Shown: positions 12,810-26,781 of the stretch, piece by piece | Numbering within the stretch: the first letter of the stretch is position 1 | Layout of the letters: the number at the start of each line of letters is the position of its first letter | Assembly (NCBI GenBank): GCA_965178125.1 | Contig: OZ237755.1 | Coordinates: 868,001 to 932,000 of the forward strand | DNA: 64,000 nucleotides | Direction of reading: 5' to 3' | Source of the DNA: Bilabrum cf. latius | Lineage: Eukaryota | The notes under the pieces: model-generated | Told to the model about the DNA's origin: nothing | What the model saw: only the letters and a program-made list of their open reading frames with translations | Database searches by the model: none | Program-made: the position numbers and the translations under genes

Positions 12810-15800
12810 CTAGACATGGCCTTAGGCCCCTTCCCCCGTCTGCCTTATAGGGGGGAAGGGGCCGGGAGCAGGGCGCGCCTCGTTCCGAAGCGAGGGAAGC
12901 CCAGCGCGGGCGTGACTCGCAGGGTGGTCGCGCAGCTGGTCGCAAGCTGGTCCTGTGGGTGGCCTGGGGGGAGCCGGATGAATGGCCTTGCCGGCTGCTG
13001 CCCTACGATATTCCGTGCAGACATTGTTGCAACAAACATACTATGCAATCCATAGCCATGGCGTATGAACGTGTGCGCGCAGGGTTGCCGGGGTCGCTCA
13101 CCGTCACGGGTTGTCACTGCCACTGCACCGTCGTACCCAGTGTTGTACACACGAAAAAGCTGCGAGCCAGCAAGTTTAGTTTAACTCGATCTCTACACGA
13201 CTTGTTGGTATTGGTGTATAAGTCACAGCTCTTGTGAGCATCGCCACGTATCCCAGTCGTGTCCAGGAAATCGCCACGTCACGGTGGCGTTGCCGAGCGG
13301 CGAAGATGAATTCCTGAAACACACACTCGCCTCGCAGCGATGCATGCACCTCGAGCAACCGACTGCCACACACAGAGTTGGAACGCAGCAGTCACGCATC
13401 GTGGAGCCAATATCTGTCCCAACGCAATGGCGCCGGTGCGGGCGCCGTCTGATCTCTCTGTGAGCAGCGAGGTCCAGATTTCGGATGGTCGGGCCGCTCA
13501 GGAAGATGAGTGGAAATCGGTTTCGGGCTCGGCCGTCGGGGCAAATTTCCAATGCATTGCCAGCGTCGGAGCTCATCGGAGTACGGCGCCTAGGTTACTT
13601 CAGGTCTCAATCTAGCGATCCGGCGGGGCGGCGGGGCGGGTTGGCGTGGTCGAGCAGAGCGAATCGCGAAAACGACGGAAAGTTTTGCAGCATTGCTCGC
13701 CCAGCGGATGCCGTTGCTAGTGGGTGCGTTGCAATGTTTGTCGAAATACGCAGAGATTTGCAAGATGAATTTTCGAGTTAGGTCCTCGTTCGCGAGCGAG
13801 GTCCCCGGACGTCCGATTTCGGCTTGCTGCCGACGGAATTCTCGAGGTTTTTCGCCCCGGCATGCGCTTTCCCAGCGGTGGGCGTGAAGCCGACTGGCAC
13901 GAAAAGTTGCGGATGTGTGATAGCAAATGTTTGGTGGGGGTCCGATGCCGGGTCCGGCGCGCGTGCGCGGCGCTAAATCCTTGTGCCAAGGTAGGGTGGG
14001 AGCGAGCCTATATATAATATCCTTAACTAGACATGACCTTAGGCCCCTTCCCCCGTCTGTCTTATAGGGGGGAAGGGGCCGGGAGCAGGGCGCGCCTTGT
14101 CCCGAAGCGAGGGAAGCCCAGCGCGGGCGTGACTCGCAGGGTGGTCGCGCAGCTGGTCGCAAGCTGGTCCTGTGGGAGGCCTGGGGGGAGCCGGATGAAT
14201 GGCCTTGCCGGCTGCTGCCCTACGATATTTCGTGCAGGCATTGTTGCAATAACTGACAAATATATTATGCAATCTACAGCCATTGAATTTGAACGTGTGC
14301 GCGCAGGGTTGTCGGGGTCGCTCACCGTCACGGGTTGTCACTGCCACGGCACCGTCGTACCCAGTGTTGTACACTCGACCACAGTAAAGCTGCGAGCTGA
14401 AGGTATGCAGCAAGTTAAGTTGAACACGATCTTTGCAAGACTTGTTGGTATTGCGGTGTAAGTCACAGCTCTTGTGAGCATCGCCACGTATCCCAGTCGT
14501 GTCCAGAAAATCGCCACGTCACGGTGGCGTTGCCGAGCGGCGAAGATGAATTCCTGAAACACACACTCGCCTTGCAGCGATGCATGCACCTCGAGCAACC
14601 GACTGCCACGCACAGTGTTGGAACGCAGCAGTCACGCATCGTGGAGCCAATATCTGTCCCAACGCAATGGAGCTGGTGCGGGCGCCGTCTGGTCTCCCTG
14701 TGAGCAGCGAGGTCCAGATTTCGGATGGTCGGGCCGCTCAGGAAGATGAGTGAAAATCGGTTTCGGGGTCCGATTTCAGGCCAGATTACCGGTGCATTGC
14801 CAGCGTCGGAGCGCGTCGGAGTGCGACGCCGAGGAAACTTAAGGATTCAATCTGGCGATCCGCCGGGGCGGCGGAGCTGCGCAAAATGGTCGGTTTGCGC
14901 AGGTTGCCAAAACGACGAAAAAGTTATCTGGGCCTCACGTCCGTCGGCGGGCGTAGCCGCTGGGTGCGTAGCATATTACATCTGAATGCGCTCGGAAGCG
15001 CAAGAGCACATTTTTGAGTTAGGTCCTCGTTCGCGAGAAAAGTGCCGGAACGTGGGTTTTGGGCCTTGTGCCGACGGCCGCCGAGCAGGAAATCCGCCCC
15101 GGCATGCGCTTTCCCAGTAGTGAGCGTGAAGCCGACTGGCACCAAAAGTTGCGCATGCGTGATAACAAATGCTTGGTTGGGGTCCGATGCCGGGTCCGGC
15201 GCGCGCGCGGGGCGCTAGGTCCAATTGCCAAGGCAGTGCGGTAGCGAGCCTATATATAATATCCTTAACTAGACATGGCCTTAGGCCCCTTCCCCCGTCT
15301 GCCTTACGGGGGGGAAGGGGCCGGGAGCAGGGCGCACCTGGTCCCGAAGCGAGGAAAGCCCAGCGCGGGCGTGACTCGCAGGGTGGTCGCGCAGCTGGTC
15401 GCAAGCTGGTCCTGTGGGTGGCCTGGGGGGAGCCGGATGAATGGCCTTGCCGGCTGCTGCCCTACGATATTTCGTGCAGAGATTGTTGCATTAAACATAC
15501 TATGCAATCCATAGCCATGGCGTATGAACGTGTGCGCGCAGGGTTGCCGGGGTCGCTCACCGTCACAGGTTGTCACTGCCACTGCACCGTCGTACCCAGT
15601 GTTGTACACTCGACCACTAAAGCTGCGAGCTGAAGGTGTGCAGCAAGATTAGTTTAACTTGATATTTACACAACTTGTGGTATTGTGGTGTAAGTCACAG
15701 TTCTTGTGAGCATCGCCACGTATCCCAGTCGTGTGCAGGAAGTCGCCACGTCACGGTGGCGTTGCCGAGCGGCGAAGATGAATCCCTGAAACACACACTC

Positions 15801-16490
15801 GCCTCGCAGCGATGCATGCACCTCGAGCAACCGACTGCCACACGCAGTGTTGGAACGCAGCAGTCGTGCATCGTGGAGCCAGTATCTATCCCAATACAAT
15901 GGCGCTGATGTGGGCGCCGTCTGGCCGCCCTTCGAGCAGCGAGGTCCAGATTTCGGATGGTCGGGCCGCTCAGGAAGATGAGTGGAAATCGGTTTCGGGC
16001 TCGGCCGTCGGGGCAAATTTCCGGTGCATTGCCAGCGTCGGAGCTCATCGGAGTACGGCGCCTAGGTTACTTCAGGTCTCAATCTAGCGATCCGGCGGGG
16101 CGGCGGGGCGGGTTGGCGTGGTCGAGCAGAGCGATTCGCGAAGACGACGGAAATGTTTGACGCACTGCCCGCCCAGCGCCTGCCGTTGCCGCTAGGTGTG
16201 TTGCAATGTTTGAGTGTGTGCGCACCTTTCTACCAGAGGAATTTTCGAGTTAGGTCCTCGTTCGCGAGCAAGGTCCCCGGACGTCCGATTTCGGCTTGCT
16301 GCCGACGGAATTCTCGAGGTTTTTCGCCCCGGCATGCGATTTCCCAGCGGTGAGCGTGAAGCCGACTGGCATATAAAGTTGCGGATGCGTGATATCAAAT
16401 GATTGGTTGGGGTCCGATGCCGGGTCCGGCGGGCGTGCGGGGCGCTAGGTCCAATTGCCAAAGTAGGGTGGGAGCGTGTCTATATATAAT
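12810..16490 (-). repeat. Three tandem ~1.2-kb non-autonomous Helitron units (12810-14026, 14027-15268, 15269-16490)
   Basis: Recurrent junction atatccttaa|ctagacatg. Unit lengths 1217, 1242 and 1222 bp; the third lacks its first 8 nt where it joins the helicase. Confidence 0.93.
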
Positions 16491-19400
16491 GGGTCGGCAG
16501 AAAACGTGCTTGGGTTGAGACGGTGCGGGGTTGTCCATCTCTAGGGTCGCGTAGCCTTTGTGTCCTTCCTTAGTGCATACTGAACCTAAAAGACGTGCTG
16601 CCATACCGGTAGCGAGGCCGATCTCTGGATAGTCGTTCGCAATTACCACCACGGGGCACCCCGGAGCCAGTGGAAGGGACAGGGGTCTTGGCCTCACGCC
16701 GAAACCGCGCTTCCGATGCATCGCCAGAATCCCGTTGAGCATTTGAGAGTCCTCGGCCGTGTTCATGTCCAAGGCACGTATCAAGTCGCCGGCTCCCGAG
16801 ACCAGGGAGCAGACGGCACGATGCTCTCGGTAGCCTGATGCTAGGACGGTAGGATTGAGGCCATCCCTTGCGTGCCGCATGCAACGTTCGTTGATCTCTC
16901 GCAGTTGTGCATTCGTAGACACGAGCGAGAGGCTGTTTCGAACGCCGGCCATGGCCTCAGGCGTCGATCGATGGCATTGATGAAACCTGCAGCAGCGCTG
17001 CAGTACTTGCCCTACCTCTGTCGCAGTGCATGAACCTTGGCGAACGGAGTTCAGCAGCGAAGCAAAATCGGGATCTTCTCTTGCCCTCATGTTCCGGTGC
17101 AGCGGGAGCTGCATCATGGATCTCCAGTGGGGACCATCGTAAAATTGATCCACTGTGGGGGACAGGCGTGCCACAAATGTTTCACGAGCGTCCTTGTCGG
17201 CCTGGACCTGGTCCGGTGTGAAGTTGAACTCTGCATCTAAGGCTTCGAATTGGGCATCGGGAAGTGTGTTGAGCTCGAAGCGCAAGGCAGCGGCGTCCAC
17301 GATAGGATCGGTGCGAGCCGCAAATCCACGCTTGGTGATCCCTGGCAGCTGCTGGCTATCTCCGATGAAGAGACAGGACCTGTACCCGAACGGTTCGATC
17401 GAAGCAAGCGCTTCCTCTTGCGATCTGCCCTCTTGCACGGTGAGAAACTCGTAGGTGTCTGTTGCCTGACGCAGTGCACGGTCCACCAGATTAAGAAGGT
17501 GCTTATTCATGAACAGGCTCTCGTCGATGATGAGCAAGTCAATGGCGGATAGCGTCCGCCTTCGCGCTCGATCCTTCTTAGGGTCGAGCGAAGCTGGGAT
17601 CTGTAGCGAGAAGCAACGATGAATGGTGACTCCGCCTGGGCCCAGCTGGATGGCTGCCTAGGCTGTAGTGCCAAGAAGTTGCGTCGCTAGGCCAGATGCT
17701 GTGGCGATTCCGTGGATGATAGATGTCGTGAAGCTTTTGCCTGACCCAGCCGGGCCGGTCAGCAGAGCAACGACACCTGTCTGACCGCGAGATTGATTCT
17801 CTGCCCATGGCAAGAACCGCTGGTGGCCCACGAACCGACGTAACGCAGTTTTTTGATCGACGCTCAACTGCGCGTATCTTGTTGGCATGCCGGACACCTC
17901 CTGGGAGACAGCACTGACTGCGATGCGCATGGCTTTCCGAAACAGTTTCCGCATGTCCGCGTCTATTCGAAGCCTCGGATTGAGAAGAATCTCTCTTGCT
18001 CGACTTGCATTGCTCCGAATGAACTCCAGCATCTACGTCGACATGCAAACGACGTCAGAGGACAGCAGAGTCTGCTGCAGAGCCGACACTACGGAGTGAT
18101 CGTGCACGGCAGACGATGCAATGCAGAGAGCGTCGAGGCCGTCCTGTAGTTCCGCCACCTTGGAGAGCCTGTCGCGCGCCTGCACGGCTTGGCGCTCAGT
18201 ATCGTCCAGCTCTAGCTCCTCCTACTCCAAAGGCGGAGCGAAGCCAAGTACATGGGCCTATGCGAGAATGTCCGCCGTGTCCTGCTCAGCAGAGCCTGTC
18301 GCATTGAAATCCACGAGCTTATCTCGAGCGGTGGCGCGCAAACGAATCAGATCTAGCTCGCTCCGAACCTGGTCGGTAGAGTCCCCGCTGGTACCCTCGG
18401 CACCAACCAGCGCTATCTCGGCCAAAGTCTCGTCAAGCTGCGGCTCGCGGTCATCCACTGCCAGCGGAAGTGGCGTGGCGCCAAGATGCATGTTCTCGAT
18501 GGCGGCAGCATGCATTTGCTGGAGCTGGCTCACGTCAACCTGGGCGGCCAGCAGGACATCAGCGTGGTCATTGCAAAGCTTCATGTCTTCGCGCATCGAA
18601 GCTGCCAACTGCAAGAATCGCTCCGTCGCTGGGTCCTGATGGAGAATGGCCGTCGGGACACCGCGAGATGATGCGGCGGCTAGAGCTCCGTTGTATACGT
18701 AGATCATGTCAGCCACTCCGTGTTCGAAATCACGAAGCTGGCGGATATCTCTGCCCGGTCCGCTCAAGGGCGCATTGAGGTGCGGGAACGGTAGGGATCC
18801 GGGCCTAGGAGGCAGGAGCACTTGCCGGTGCATGGGCTCCTGTAGCAATCCAGCAAACTGGCCGTGTCCGATATACAACACCGAGAGCAGGGGCACTTGA
18901 CGCGATTCTGCCTCTCTTGACCAACCTTGAGCATCAGTGCGTATCGTCTTTACGTTGCCTGTGGCCGTGTCCGGCACCACACCCATAGAGAACTCTATCG
19001 TGCACAGTCGCGGGCAGTTGTCCGTGCCTTCGATTGTCTCGGCAGCCACGACATCCGGTGCATCCTCAGTCTGATCGAAGTCCTGCCTAGGATCGGCTTG
19101 CTTGGCCTCCCCACTTGGGATGTACACCGCAATGGCGGCGCCAAGTGCCCTTGCGTGGCCAACGATGGCCGGAAAGCCTTCATAGCCGCCGTGCTTGCGC
19201 AAGAAGGAGAGCAAAGCACCAGCAAAATGTGGCCGCTGAATCACTTCATCAACATCAACAGACCGAGCTGGCGGAAGTAGCTCGTGCGGAATCGACCCAT
19301 TGGCGATGCGTTTGCTCCAATGCGCGTAGAGGTGCGATTTCACGGTCATTGCGTCTACGCCCCCGCTCCGAGCATGCGGTATCCTCAAAGCAAGATCATG

Positions 19401-22400
19401 CGACGGCTGCGTATTTGAGCTACCTACGGGCGCGGCAATGGCAGAGAAGGCACGGGCAGCAGCCAAGCCTGGCATGTTGCTAGCAGCTTGGCCCTGAGTA
19501 TCCTCGACACCTTCATCGAGATCATCCAGGTCGTCATCCATGAGAATGACCTGGGCTGGGCTCGCTCGAGGTGCACCGGCGCCAGTGGATGGGCTACGCG
19601 TGAGCCTGGCGGGAGCTTCACCCTACGTGAAAGCAAGGGCAGCATCCTGAGGTTGGTGCATCTGAACGGCAAGTGCCGCCGACAGGCTGCAGTGACGCGG
19701 GGCGTCAAGCGATCTGCAGCAGGTAGCCAACACCGCTGGCTAGGTAGCTCTCTGCAACGCCTCATGCACACCAAACGTAAGGGTGGCTTGGACCGGTAAA
19801 TCCGTACAAAGAATACCGTCTGGCACCGGACAGATTGGTGGCAAAAACGGCTGAGGTGGTCCCTCCGCAGGCTTGGTGCCAGCTGAGTCTGCGGTGCAAT
19901 CGCTGATGTACTGGATGTGCTGGACCACAGCGCGAAGCACGGCAAACTTTTGCTCGTACGATGCGTCCTCACAGCCCCTGGTCCTGTCCAAGGACACGAG
20001 GACATGCTTGAGCACAGTCACCAAGGCACCGAGCTGCTTCTAGGACTTCTGGCCAGCCGCTGCCTCCGAGAAGAGCACTAACCCGGCCGCGTCGGCGATG
20101 CCTCTAAGCATGCATTCGGCATGCCACGGAGTCTTCGATTTCATCGCTTCTGGACTCAGAAGCGAGTGCTCGTCGAGAAACGGAACGTGACGCACGAGCA
20201 GTCCTCGAAAGTGCTGTTCGACAGGATCCGTCCCTGTGTGCGTTTTTACAATCACCAAGCGAGGACGAGCAAGCATCCTGTACGCTCTGCCGGCTCTGTC
20301 AAAATATAGCGTATTGACGCCCTGTGATATCGAGCAGTTCCTGGGCTGCACATCCGCCGCCTTCGTGAGTCCCTTTCGCCGCATCGCTTTCTCGTACGCC
20401 TTCACGACGGAGGACTACTTGGCCTGGTACACTGGTACAAAGTACTTGAAAAACTCGGGAGCGGTGAGATTCGACGTAGTCAGAGGCTGGTCAGGGTCTC
20501 CGTGCACGGTGCATCCCACCCAACCGCCCGATGCTTGCTTGTATGTTTCGTCTCCGAATGCACTTGGGTCTGTACCACGAATGACCAGCAGAGGAGCACC
20601 CGATTTCGTGGCGGCAGGAATGCGCTCGATGCGATCAGGAGACACCAGCCGCCGTGGTTCAGCGAACGCATTCCGTACGATGGCTTCATGTTTGCGCAGA
20701 TGACTGCTCCCTGCCTCAGCATCGGATTCGTCAGACTCCAGGCTCTCACCCTCTGATTCAACCTCGCCTGTGGCAGCACCACCACGACCGGTAGTCGCGG
20801 CGAAGTGATCGGTTGCAGCACGTGCTCTCCTCCTCGATGGGTGATGAGTTCGTGGCGACAGCAGCAACGCATCGCCGTCAGCATCGCGGCAATCATCCTG
20901 CATGTTGGATGCTGCTCCCATGGGTGCAGTGGCATCGATGATCGCATCATCCTCCTCATCATCATCATCATCCTCATCGAGAGCGCGATGTGCCGCCCAT
21001 GCCGCTCCAGGACTCGGTCTATGAGCACCTGAGGCTGGCCTTGCCGCAGCATTTGCCGCTGCTGCGGCCCATCGCTACGGGGCACCTCTCGCCTGCTATT
21101 GACCATCATCCAGCCCAAAGCAGCGTCCAAAAGCCTGCATATCCGGTCCATGCAGCCTCTAGAACGTCTCACTTTCCAATGACATGGGCTGGTTCGAAGA
21201 AGCAAATCCGGGTACAATGCCGGTGCCATCCTGCTCAGTTTTGTCGAGGGTCAGGTTGGTGTATCCGGCAATCAGCGGAGCGGACTGCGTCCGAGAAGCT
21301 GCCTGCATGTCACTCCTCAGCCGAGCGGGACCACGCAACGTGCTGGTTTTCGTGATGTCTGAGGCGTCAGGCCTTCGCACGAGCCAAGGCACTGGAATCG
21401 ACAGGAAGCGCTCTTCGTATCGCTGCATGTTAGTTGTCCTGAGCACGTCCGGGTCAGCTACCGCATGTGCGCGCTTGGCGGATTGTACCGCGGCGTCTCG
21501 AGCAGCTCTGGATGTGTCCTCGGCGGTCCCTAGCGTATCGTCCATGGCTGCAGCGCCCGTGGCCGCGCGCAGATCGCGTCGGTTCAGAGTCATGTGTCTC
21601 GCTAGCGATCGAGCATGCTACAGCTTGCGCGTGGAGGCTCGTGCAGCACCGCTAACACCATTGTCATGGTCGTCGTCGGGAGGTCTGCCATGCCTTCGTG
21701 CCAGAGCCTCTCTCTCCAGTTGCGTCGCCGACTTGGCCATGAAGGTCCTCTGCTCTGCGGGCCTGAGGTCAAGCACAATATGGCTGCTGGTGGCGTTAAA
21801 GGTCGGGTATCCGAGCAGCTCTGTCACCAAGCATTGCATTCCCCTGGGCGTGCTCTTCGCGTCCCGTATGTGAGCAGGGAGCGCAAGCTGTTCTTCCTCG
21901 GTGAGGATCGCAGTGGTGTCCGTCTTCGTGATGTACCGGTTGATGTACAGCGCCACCCTTGCAGAGTCACACCCTTGCACGTTCACGTGAGCCCGCAGCA
22001 TCTGAATCATGTGGCAGCTCGATGGAACCAGGGAGCACTCGTCCTCGGAACGGGGCCATGTGCCCATCCTCGTCCTCGCAAGGCACTCCTCATCGCCCCC
22101 AGGATCAAATGGGATACCATAGCGGCAGCTCGCAGCCGCTCGCTTCCCGCTGCCCGAGCATCGGATCCTGCACCGGTCGCTGCACACATGCGTGCAAGTC
22201 TTGCGGAAGCGCTCGTACGCCTCATCGAGCAGCTCGTCGCCAGTCGAAGCGAGAGAAGTTGAATACTTGCCGCGAGCATCAGCGGTTGTACTCCTTGCCG
22301 GCAACGTGGAGTTGATGACGTGCTGTGGCATCGTGGTCGATTCATCCACAAAGTAGAGGCTGTGATCGTGGGCATGTCCCCTCACCTGGAACTCGGTCCT

Positions 22401-25400
22401 CGTCAGTGCGTCGTGGACTGCTCCATACGGGCCGCAGCAAGGATCGGTAATAATCTGATGAGTAATGTGTTTTACGCTGTAGTACCCCACGATCTGCTCG
22501 ACGGGAAGATCTCGGCTGTCGTACTGGCCTTGCACCAACCACGACTGCGACCCATACTCTCTGATGAGCTTCTGGGAGGCCCAATCGTCGCTCTGTGTCA
22601 CCGTGCAGAAGTACCTGGGGCGATCAAACTCGTTCACGAAAGCGTCGCCTGTGTTCATCGTCTTCCTGGCTTGCGCCTGGGAACCGGGCAGGGACACGTT
22701 CAGGTCTGGTTCCTTCCTGAGCGCGGCGGCTCGGTGCCTTATCACCTGCTCCGCAGTCGGACGACGTTGCATGTGCTGTGCGGAGAAACCCAGTCCGTAC
22801 GCCCCAGACTGCAGCTGAGTCTGCTGCGCCAAACACACTACCCGGAGGAACGTGTCGTACACCCCAGCAATGAACGAATTGCTTGCTCGATGGGATCGGC
22901 TCGGCTGCAACAGCAGCGTCTTCAGTCACGCCTTGAACCCATTGATGATCTGGGGCTTCCCAGCAACAAATTGGTACATGAGACGGCCGACTTGCTCTGG
23001 CGTGGCTGTCTCTGCTGCTGCGGTCGATTTGGACGACACCGGCCCCTTTGCCTTAGACGACATGCTTGGCGTGAATTCCAGCGGAACATCGCTGCAAACC
23101 TCATGCATCCCGGCTGCTATAAACGATGGCAGGTTCTGCAGGAAAATGAGCTTGGTGTCGCGGATATCCATGTGCGTGCCGGGGTCCACTTCCAAGTACG
23201 ACGGGATCGTGATGTGCACGTCCGTGATGGCTTCAGACGGCAAGCCTGCCGGCACGTGATGAGGGGCCGCTGCGGCCCTATGGCTGCCTTGCGACAGATT
23301 GCCCCCAGCAGCGTTAGCCCGTAGACGCAGTCTCGCCTGCTCCTTGGCATAGCGCATGGCTGCCTCGCCATTGACAGCCACTGTGTTCGGCATCATGTCA
23401 GGAGGAATCGCGGCTGCCTGCGTAAAGTGCGTGGCGTGCACGCCCTGGTGCTGCAGCTCAGGGATGGAACCAAGTCTCATTGCAGGCATCGCAGCAGGCA
23501 GCTGTTCGTCAAATTGTCTGTGTTGCGCGTGCGGCCTAGACTCTAATATTGCATGTCCAGGATCCTGCATGTCAGCTCCAGCCCCTGATGCTGCAGGCCT
23601 CGCTGGTACTCCTGGCCACTGTCCGATAGCATACATGCGACGTGGCTATGGTCCCTCGCCGTCACTTTCTTGCCCATCTGTCATGGTCCAAGCATTCGTG
23701 GCACGTGCCGAGGCTGCCGCACTCGAAGAGGACTGCACTTGCAACACAGGATCCACTGGTGCGCCATGCATTGCTGTCAGTGGCGAATGGTCTGCCCGCT
23801 GACTTCCACCAGATTGAATCGCGCCCAAGGTAGCTGATGATAAGCCAAGTCCGGAACGCCGTCTAACATGCAAGGCCTCGGTGGTACGTGAGCGGTGCTG
23901 CCTAGCGTCCTGCGCCAGGATACCATCACCATCACCCTCGCTGTCGCTGTCGCTGTCACTATCATTGCCACTGGCTGCACCTCTAGCTTGAAACGCAACA
24001 GCTGAGGATGCCCCAACACGTTCATGTAGAGCAGGTTTGCCGTCCATATCGCCGTCACTCCCACCGCTCTAGCCTGTACCAAGGGATTGAGCATTTGCTG
24101 CAGCTCCTTTTGTCTGGAGAAGCTATCCACGAACTCCCTCATCATCGAAGCAACTGTCATCACTGTCCATAGCATCGGCCATTGGCTAGGCAACAGCACC
24201 ACGGCTATCCATATCGGCAACCACAGCTGCGACGCGTGACTCGAGATCGGACAGGTGATGCCCAGGCGAGTGATAGTCTGGGTCACCCTCCATCAGTTTC
24301 AACTTGATGTCATGGCAGGCCTGCTACACCACAGTTTTCAAAGCTCCTCGCTAAACCCTACGTTCCCATTCAATGAGTACCGTGGTAAGAACCGCTCGGA
24401 ATGGGAGCGTGCGGTACCCTAGCAAGTACACCAGCGCGAGGATGACTTTGGCCACACGGAGACCGCGGCTCTGCTTGGTGCACAACGCAGAGGTGAGCAG
24501 CGATACGATCTTTCCACCCTAAGCATCGCCCTCGCGCTGGTAGGATTCCAGGCGCTTCAAGATGTCCCTCGAGATACGATGATCGCCATTTGCGCCAAGC
24601 ACCACCCTGTCATTCATCCGAGACTTGTCCACGTTACTGCCACACAGATGAGGAGTCGCATCCGTGGCGAAAGATCGGCTGGCAGAGCCCCTGAGCTTGG
24701 TGTCTGCATTCTTCATGAACCGGCCCGGGGCCATGGTAAGCAGGCACCTCACTTTGCAGCTGGCTAGGCACAGCAGGTCCGTCTCATCCTGGTTTAATCC
24801 GCGGAGCGGCAGCGGGACTGGAGCCTTGTAGCTGATGGCGCGGCCAGAGGGTGCAACAACCTCAGCCATGGCCTTGCTGCACTTTGCCTTCAAGCTGGCC
24901 ACGTCGTCGCAGTTGGCTAGCGTCTCGGCATCTGCGGGCACAGTTCTGCTGAACACATCCATGGCTTCCTTACATTGAACGCTGCTGCAGTATCCCACAA
25001 AGTACTTGCGTGAGTGGAGACGTGTGCCAGCTGGTGGTGGGGACCGGTCAGCTGCACCCGTGTACAGCCCCCTGGTGCGCGATCGAGCTCTGGCGGCACT
25101 GCCTCTACGGCGTCGCTTGCGAGCAGGGGCGGCATCGCTGCCCTGCGCTGCTTCTTCCTGAGCATCTGACCGCCGACACCCAGCGATCCACGTCTTCCAT
25201 CCTGGCTTCGCGTCGCGCACGAACACATCGTTCTGCCGCTTGCCTTCGCCACGCGCCATGATCGGAGCCGAATCCAGCATGAGATGCCTGGGCATGGAGC
25301 CGTCCGTATCCTTGTTGTGCTCGTGCATGGTTTCCCTGAACGTCTCGCCATAGAAGTGGTACGCCCCAAACCACTCCACATCGAGCTGCTCTCGAACTTC

Positions 25401-26557
25401 ACCCTCACGGTAATCAGCGGCTGGCAAAGGCTGGAAGCAGAACTCAGGGACCTCCTTGCTGAGAGCGGTGATCACAGATACCAGCCGCCCGCACGCCACA
25501 CAGTGCCCCAGGTGCTGTGAAGCCATGCTGACTGCTTGCCATCCTCTGGCCATGGGGCTATGCAACTTGCCTGCATCCGAGCGGACGGGCACGTGCACGT
25601 ACCCCTTCGATTCATTGGCAACCACTTCCTTCACTTGCATCGCGGGAAGAGCCATGAACTTGGCTGTGAGATCCAGCAGCATCTCCACCCAACCTGATTT
25701 CAGCCTCGTCAACGTCAGCCCTTCAATGCCGTCCCTGGCTATTGCGTTCGGAAGCAAGTGCCCGCAGCTCCGCAGCCTGTCCAACCAGCCCTTGTTGCGA
25801 TGATACCGATCATCATACGGCCGCCTATGCTTTGGAAGCCCCTCACCGAGTTCCTGGAAGGGGTACACAAACTTGGCCATGAGCTATAGCGCTCTGCTGT
25901 CCCACGACTCAGTATCGAAGAAGATCCCATCAAGTACCTCGGCAATGGTGCTTTCGCTTGCTTTGCTGATTCTGACGCCGCCTAACTAACCTAAACCATA
26001 CTATCTACTCAGAGCAGTTTTTACCAATGTATCTATCCTAGATCCTTTGATCTGCTTTGTCTCTGGGTTGAATGCACCCTACGACAAACATGCCTACAGA
26101 TGCTCCGCCTCAAAGCAGCTGCAGTCTTCGTGTCCCATTGTGCCTTCCGGGTGCTCATCCAATTTATCTGTGATAACATAATGGCCATGGATACATTCGA
26201 GGACATAATCACTTTAGGGTCTCATCGATACGTGTGCATCATCCAACACCTGGATGCTACTCTTGAACAGTTCATGTTCTTACCTATATCATATTCAGCA
26301 CTCTCATACGAAGCTTTCGCATCCTGGAGAGCCCCTGGTAACTCCACAGCCATATCAAATGGATCGACCTGCAGCTTCTGTTCGAGTTCACAGCTGAGCA
26401 CTTGAGCATTGCTGGCATCCTACGGATAGTTATGCCCGTCTTGCTATCCGCTTTGATCCTGGTAGCCGCTTGCATGTTGGCGCTCTCGCAGACCTGCAAC
26501 GTGTCTCTGTTGTCGAACTCTTTTATCTGTTCGAGCTCGCTTACGTCCTCGTGGCAT
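16491..26557 (-). CDS. Helitron RepHel transposase (HUH Rep + Pif1 helicase), ~3300 codons, 3'-truncated, one in-frame TGA at 22926, probable intron 26168-26283
   Basis: Eleven ORF-track pieces from 16395 to 25880 share one frame and are joined by TAG (one TGA). Rep motifs YFCTVTQSDDW, EFQVRGHAHDH, YINRYITK. Pif1 motifs GPAGSGKS, GVTIHRCF, LLIIDE, GDSQQLP, LHRNMRAREDPDFASLLNSVRQG, LAPGCPVVVIAN. Putative exon 1 MPRGRKRAR... with a GTAAG..CAG intron. Confidence 0.88.
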
Positions 26558-26781
26558 ATTCCGTATTTGATTTAGCTGCAGCGCCAGTGATCTGCTGCCA
26601 CTCTGAGCTACTTGGCACGGACAAAAATGAATAATATACTTGACTTTAATTAAAAATATGATGTTTCAAGTTGTGCTCCACGGCTTACTCATATCTCTCA
26701 CCTTTACAGGTGTACCACTTATCCTGGTTCGGCACGCACTGTTCAACAATACAACACTTCAGCTCCAGACAATTCACTTAT

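Noticed and set aside
25982-26082. Apparent intron (ctaac-like motifs) near the RepHel 5' end
   Set aside because: The frame is open across it with TAG=Gln, so no intron is required.
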